In this document: piece after piece, positions 60,476-64,000 of the stretch | Numbering within the stretch: position 1 is the stretch's first letter | How the letters are laid out: every line of letters begins with the position of its first letter | Source: an uncultured Armatimonadia bacterium | GTDB taxonomy: Bacteria; Armatimonadota; Zipacnadia; CAVVLO01 | Direction: 5' to 3' | DNA length: 64,000 nt | Assembly: GCA_963749155.1 (NCBI GenBank) | Contig: CAVVLO010000003.1 | Span: 224,001-288,000 of the forward strand | Made by a program: the position numbers and the translations under genes | The notes under the pieces: model-generated | The model's input: the letters and a program-made list of their open reading frames with translations, nothing else | What the model was told of the DNA's origin: nothing | Database searches by the model: none

Positions 60476-60576
60476 GCGGGGGCAAGTTGCCCCCGCACCC
60501 CCCAGACTTGGCCTGCGGCGCGAAGCGAGAAGGGGGTGCAGGGGTCACTCGTGAGCTTCGCTCACGGCGCTCCTGC
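60476..60576. repeat. Inverted REP-like doublet
   Basis: GCGGGGGCA-agt-TGCCCCCGC-ACCCC followed by GGGGGTGCAGGGG..CGTGAGC-ttc-GCTCACG..CTCCTGC. Confidence 0.75.
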
Positions 60577-60591
60577 GACTTTCGCCCTGAT

Positions 60592-61392
60592 CTAAGCTTT
60601 GCGTGCCCAGCCAAGTCCCTCAAGCCAGTCACCCGACAGGCCGCTCCAGGTCGCGATATGCGCATCACCAGGCACGAGGCCCAGCCCATGCGCGCCGTGG
60701 GGATAGACATGCAGCTCGAAGGTCCCGCCCGCCTGCCGGATTGCCGTGGCGAACCTCAGCGAGTTTTCCACCGGCACCGCCTGGTCGTCCGAGGTGCTCC
60801 ACATAAAGGTCGGAGCGGTCTCCGGCGTCACGTGGAGGTCGAGCTGCGTCAGCCAGCGTCCAGCCGCGGTCGGCTCAGGCCCCAGCAGATTTGTAATCGA
60901 GCCTTGATGCCCGCCCGGCCCCCCGCCGATGACCGCATAACACAGGAGGAGCGCGTTCGGCTCGTTGGTGAAAGCGCCAAGCGGCCCCTCGTCCGCGCAG
61001 AAGTGCATATCCCAGTGGACCCCCAGGCTGGCAGCTAGATGGCCTCCGGCGGAGAATCCAAGCACCGCGAGCTTGTCCGGCGCGACTTTCCACTCACTGG
61101 CCCTGCTGCGCACCAGCCGAAAAGCCCGCGAGACGTCCCGGAGGGGCTGGGGATGCAGGCGCGGATTCACGCTGTAATGGCACACGAAGGCATGATAGCC
61201 CAGCTCGTTGTAGCGACGCGCAATCGGCTCTGCCTCGTGGTCAGCTCGCCCCGCATAACCTCCTCCGGGGCAAACGATGACCGCTCCGAGGGGCTCGGTT
61301 GTGTCCAGCAGATAGGTCTCAAGCCAGGGCGCGAAGCCATCGCCGACGGTGTCAGTCCACTCCGCATCAGTCCAAAGCGCAAGCTTCTCCAT
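60592..61392 (-). CDS. Alpha/beta hydrolase, acetyl/carbohydrate esterase-like
   Basis: CPGGGY, GFSAGGHLA, DDQAVP and HGAHGLGL. Confidence 0.88.
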   Translation of the reverse strand: MEKLALWTDAEWTDTVGDGFAPWLETYLLDTTEPLGAVIVCPGGGYAGRADHEAEPIARRYNELGYHAFVCHYSVNPRLHPQPLRDVSRAFRLVRSRASEWKVAPDKLAVLGFSAGGHLAASLGVHWDMHFCADEGPLGAFTNEPNALLLCYAVIGGGPGGHQGSITNLLGPEPTAAGRWLTQLDLHVTPETAPTFMWSTSDDQAVPVENSLRFATAIRQAGGTFELHVYPHGAHGLGLVPGDAHIATWSGLSGDWLEGLGWARKA

Positions 61393-61402
61393 TTTGCTCT
61401 CC

Positions 61403-62503
61403 TTACTCGCGCCAGGCGAGTTCTTCCGACAGGTCGAGATAGCGTTTGATGGCTTCTCCGGGGATGTCCCAGGGGATATGGTTGCCGATGCACATCATAT
61501 AGCCGCCTGACATCCTGCCTGTCTCGACCATACTCTCGACCATCTGGCGGATCTCGGCGGGGTCGTTGCGCTTGAGCACCCGGTTGTCGCCTTCACCCGC
61601 GATGAAGCAGTTCTCGTGCCTCCGCGCGATGGCCTTGTAGTCAGTATACGGCTCGCTTATGATGCCGCGCGCCCCGCAGGCCATCACATCGTCGGCATAG
61701 GCGTCCATACAGCCATCGGACATAAACAGCACTTCCTTGCCGGCGGCTTTGAGGATGGACCAAAACTCCTCATACCTGGGGAAGACGTGCTTCTTCATCC
61801 AGGCGGGCGAGCAGACCGGCCCTCGCGTGATGACGATGTCATCATGGCAGACGACGAAGTTGACGGGCAGCCGCGCGAAGGTGCGGAAGACCCGCCTGTT
61901 GATTTCGGCGAATTCCTCCAGCACTGGCTCGAAACGCTCATCCAGGGAGCACTCAAGGAACAGCTCCCACCCGAAGGTAAGCAGTGGCCACATAAAGAAG
62001 GTGTTGTAGAAGCCGCAACTTGCCGCGCTGCCCTCAGGGGCCTTGTCCCCCCATTCGGCGGGATAAGCAGGGCGCAGCATATTGTAAAGCCCCTCTTCAC
62101 TGCTGAAGTCCCAGGCGTTTACCACATGGCCCCAGTCGCGGAAGTCGCCCTTCGCAAGCGGGCTGAAGGCAAATACCTCCTCCGTCGAAGGAAAATACGC
62201 CTCTCCATGCTGATAAGTGCCTGTCTCAGTGTCGCCCCAGCGCACCGAGTGGTGGTCTGGGTCTGAGCTGCACTGGCCCTCAGCAAGTCCCAGCCGAGGC
62301 CTTGGGATGGGATTATCGCTCGCTGGGATACCGAGTCCGAGTTGCGGGTACAACTCTCGCAGCCTCAGTCGGCACTCGCGCGGGTGCTCATAATAATCAA
62401 TCCCCGTCAAATAAGTCTCGGCGTCAGGGTCGGACCAGTGTTCCCAGTGCTGCATCCGCCTGGGGCCAAGGCCCATATAGCTTTCGTAGATGGGATCTGC
62501 CAT
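61403..62503 (-). CDS. Uroporphyrinogen decarboxylase family protein
   Basis: HDDI..GPVCSP.W..HVFP.Y, MSDG and GGYMMCIGNHIP. Confidence 0.75.
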   Translation of the reverse strand: MADPIYESYMGLGPRRMQHWEHWSDPDAETYLTGIDYYEHPRECRLRLRELYPQLGLGIPASDNPIPRPRLGLAEGQCSSDPDHHSVRWGDTETGTYQHGEAYFPSTEEVFAFSPLAKGDFRDWGHVVNAWDFSSEEGLYNMLRPAYPAEWGDKAPEGSAASCGFYNTFFMWPLLTFGWELFLECSLDERFEPVLEEFAEINRRVFRTFARLPVNFVVCHDDIVITRGPVCSPAWMKKHVFPRYEEFWSILKAAGKEVLFMSDGCMDAYADDVMACGARGIISEPYTDYKAIARRHENCFIAGEGDNRVLKRNDPAEIRQMVESMVETGRMSGGYMMCIGNHIPWDIPGEAIKRYLDLSEELAWRE

Positions 62504-62508
62504 AAAGT

Positions 62509-64000
62509 CTAGTCTACTCCTTCTTCAGGTTCGAAGCGGAAAGTCGCACCCTCCGCAAGCGTTATCTTATACTGTGTACCGGCATAACCAAATGTCAGGG
62601 GCTGTCCGGCCAGAGAGGTAATCTCCGCCCTTTCAAGGGCGCCACCATGCCATTTCAGGCTTACCTCGAAGCCCCCTCTTGCCCTTAAGCCTCGCGCCCA
62701 TCCGGAAGGCCATTCCGAAGGCAGCGCGGGAAGCAGCTCGAGGACGCCGTTTTGGCTCTGCAGCAAGGCTTCCGCCATTCCCGCCGCCCCTCCGAAATTG
62801 CCGTCAATCTGGAAGGGAGGATGATTGTCAAGCAGATTAGGCAAAGTGGACTTGCCAAGCAGCGCGTTCACGTTCTCGGCGACCTTCTCGCCGTCCCGGA
62901 GTCGCGCCCAGAAGCAGATAATCCACGCCCTGCTCCACCCGGTATGGCCCCCGCCGTTGGCCAGGCGCCGCTCAAGGCTCTTCCTTGCGGCCTCATACAG
63001 CTCCGGCTGCCGCTCGGGGGTGAACTGACTGCCTGGGAAGAGAGGCCACAGGTGCGACATATGGCGATGGCCTGGCTCAGGCTCGTCGAAATCCTCGAGC
63101 CATTCCTGCAATTGGCCGTATTTGCCAATTTGATAGGGCGCGAGCCTCTCCAGCACTGCCTCTAACTGCCTGGCGAAGGCCTCGTCCTTCTTCAGCACCT
63201 GCGTCGCCTGGATACAGTTGGCAAAAAGTTCGCGGAGGATGCCCAAATCCATTGTCGGGCCGGCGCAGACCCAGCCTTCCTGCCCATCTGGCGCACGGAA
63301 GCGGTTCTCCGGGCTGGCCGAAGGCGCAGTAACGAGCCAGCCGTGGGTTGGCTCCTCCACGAGAAAGTCCAGCAGAAACTCGGCCGCGCCCTTCATCACC
63401 GGCCAGGCCTTGCGCAGGAAGGGCTCATCCTGAGTGAAGGCATAATGCTCGAAGATATGGGTCGCCAGCCACGCGCCTTCAGTCGGCGTGATGCCCCAGG
63501 GCCCATCGACCGGCGCGGCGCCGCGCCACAGGTCGGTGTTGTGGTGAAGCACCCATCCGCCACAACCATAGTGCTCCCTGGCCACGCGCCCGCCTGTCTC
63601 GGAGAGATCCGCGAGCATCGAAAAGAGCGGCTCGTGGCACTCCGGGAGCGCAGCGACCTCAGGAAGCCAGTAGTTCATCTCGGTGTTGATGTTGACCGTA
63701 TACTTGCTGCCCCAGGGCGGACTGGTGGATTCATTCCAAAGCCCCTGCAGGTTGGCGGGCTGGTCGCCTGGGCGGCTGGAAGAGAGCATCAGATAGCGCC
63801 CATACTGGAAGTAAAGCGCCGCGAGCGCCGGGTCGCTTTGCCCCTCAGCCACGCGCCTCAGGCGCTGGTCGGTCGGCACGGAGTCATCTCCAGGCCCAAG
63901 TGAGAGCGCCACTCGGTCGAACAGCGACTTGTAGTCGGCGATGTGGCGGTCGCGTAACTCGTAGTAGGAGTGCTGCCGCGCGGCGTCGAGGTAGGCCTTG
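62509..64000 (-). CDS. GH95 alpha-L-fucosidase (5' part outside the window)
   Basis: FQYGRYLMLSSSRPG, ANLQGLWN, YTVNINTEMNYW, HRHMSHL, TGWSRAW and PPFQIDGNFG; frame stays open to the window edge. Confidence 0.93.
   Translation of the reverse strand, partial: KAYLDAARQHSYYELRDRHIADYKSLFDRVALSLGPGDDSVPTDQRLRRVAEGQSDPALAALYFQYGRYLMLSSSRPGDQPANLQGLWNESTSPPWGSKYTVNINTEMNYWLPEVAALPECHEPLFSMLADLSETGGRVAREHYGCGGWVLHHNTDLWRGAAPVDGPWGITPTEGAWLATHIFEHYAFTQDEPFLRKAWPVMKGAAEFLLDFLVEEPTHGWLVTAPSASPENRFRAPDGQEGWVCAGPTMDLGILRELFANCIQATQVLKKDEAFARQLEAVLERLAPYQIGKYGQLQEWLEDFDEPEPGHRHMSHLWPLFPGSQFTPERQPELYEAARKSLERRLANGGGHTGWSRAWIICFWARLRDGEKVAENVNALLGKSTLPNLLDNHPPFQIDGNFGGAAGMAEALLQSQNGVLELLPALPSEWPSGWARGLRARGGFEVSLKWHGGALERAEITSLAGQPLTFGYAGTQYKITLAEGATFRFEPEEGVD

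Overview
GC-rich bacterial window, probably from an anaerobic, polysaccharide-degrading lineage (Armatimonadota-like gene style; taxonomy is inference). It holds about 40 CDSs, dominated by secreted multi-domain glycoside hydrolase-like proteins (GH2, GH95, GH116-like, GH5/42-like, beta-helix and beta-propeller enzymes). Also present are two sulfatases, a CE15-like esterase, araFGH and rhaT sugar transporters, a dehydrogenase/epimerase trio and two URO-D-family proteins. A short redox block carries a radical SAM, a NifB/NifX protein and a CoA-disulfide-reductase-like enzyme with a CsoR-type operator. About 27 single-base frameshifts split 17 genes and look like long-read errors, so split genes are joined here. 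No rRNA, tRNA, CRISPR array, integrase or transposase was recognised. The most striking observation is two unrelated secreted proteins that each carry a circularly permuted carbohydrate-binding module inserted in frame inside a host domain and flanked by short direct repeats (GCGGGCC, 489 bp apart; TCCCCCCGC, 669 bp apart). This suggests microhomology-driven domain shuffling. Also notable: a family of GGTGCAGGGG palindromic REP-like elements, a 129-bp duplicated leader with a compensatory base change upstream of two diverged paralogs, and a near-consensus sigma-28 promoter before a small Cys-rich protein. All family calls are from motif recognition by eye; no database search was run.
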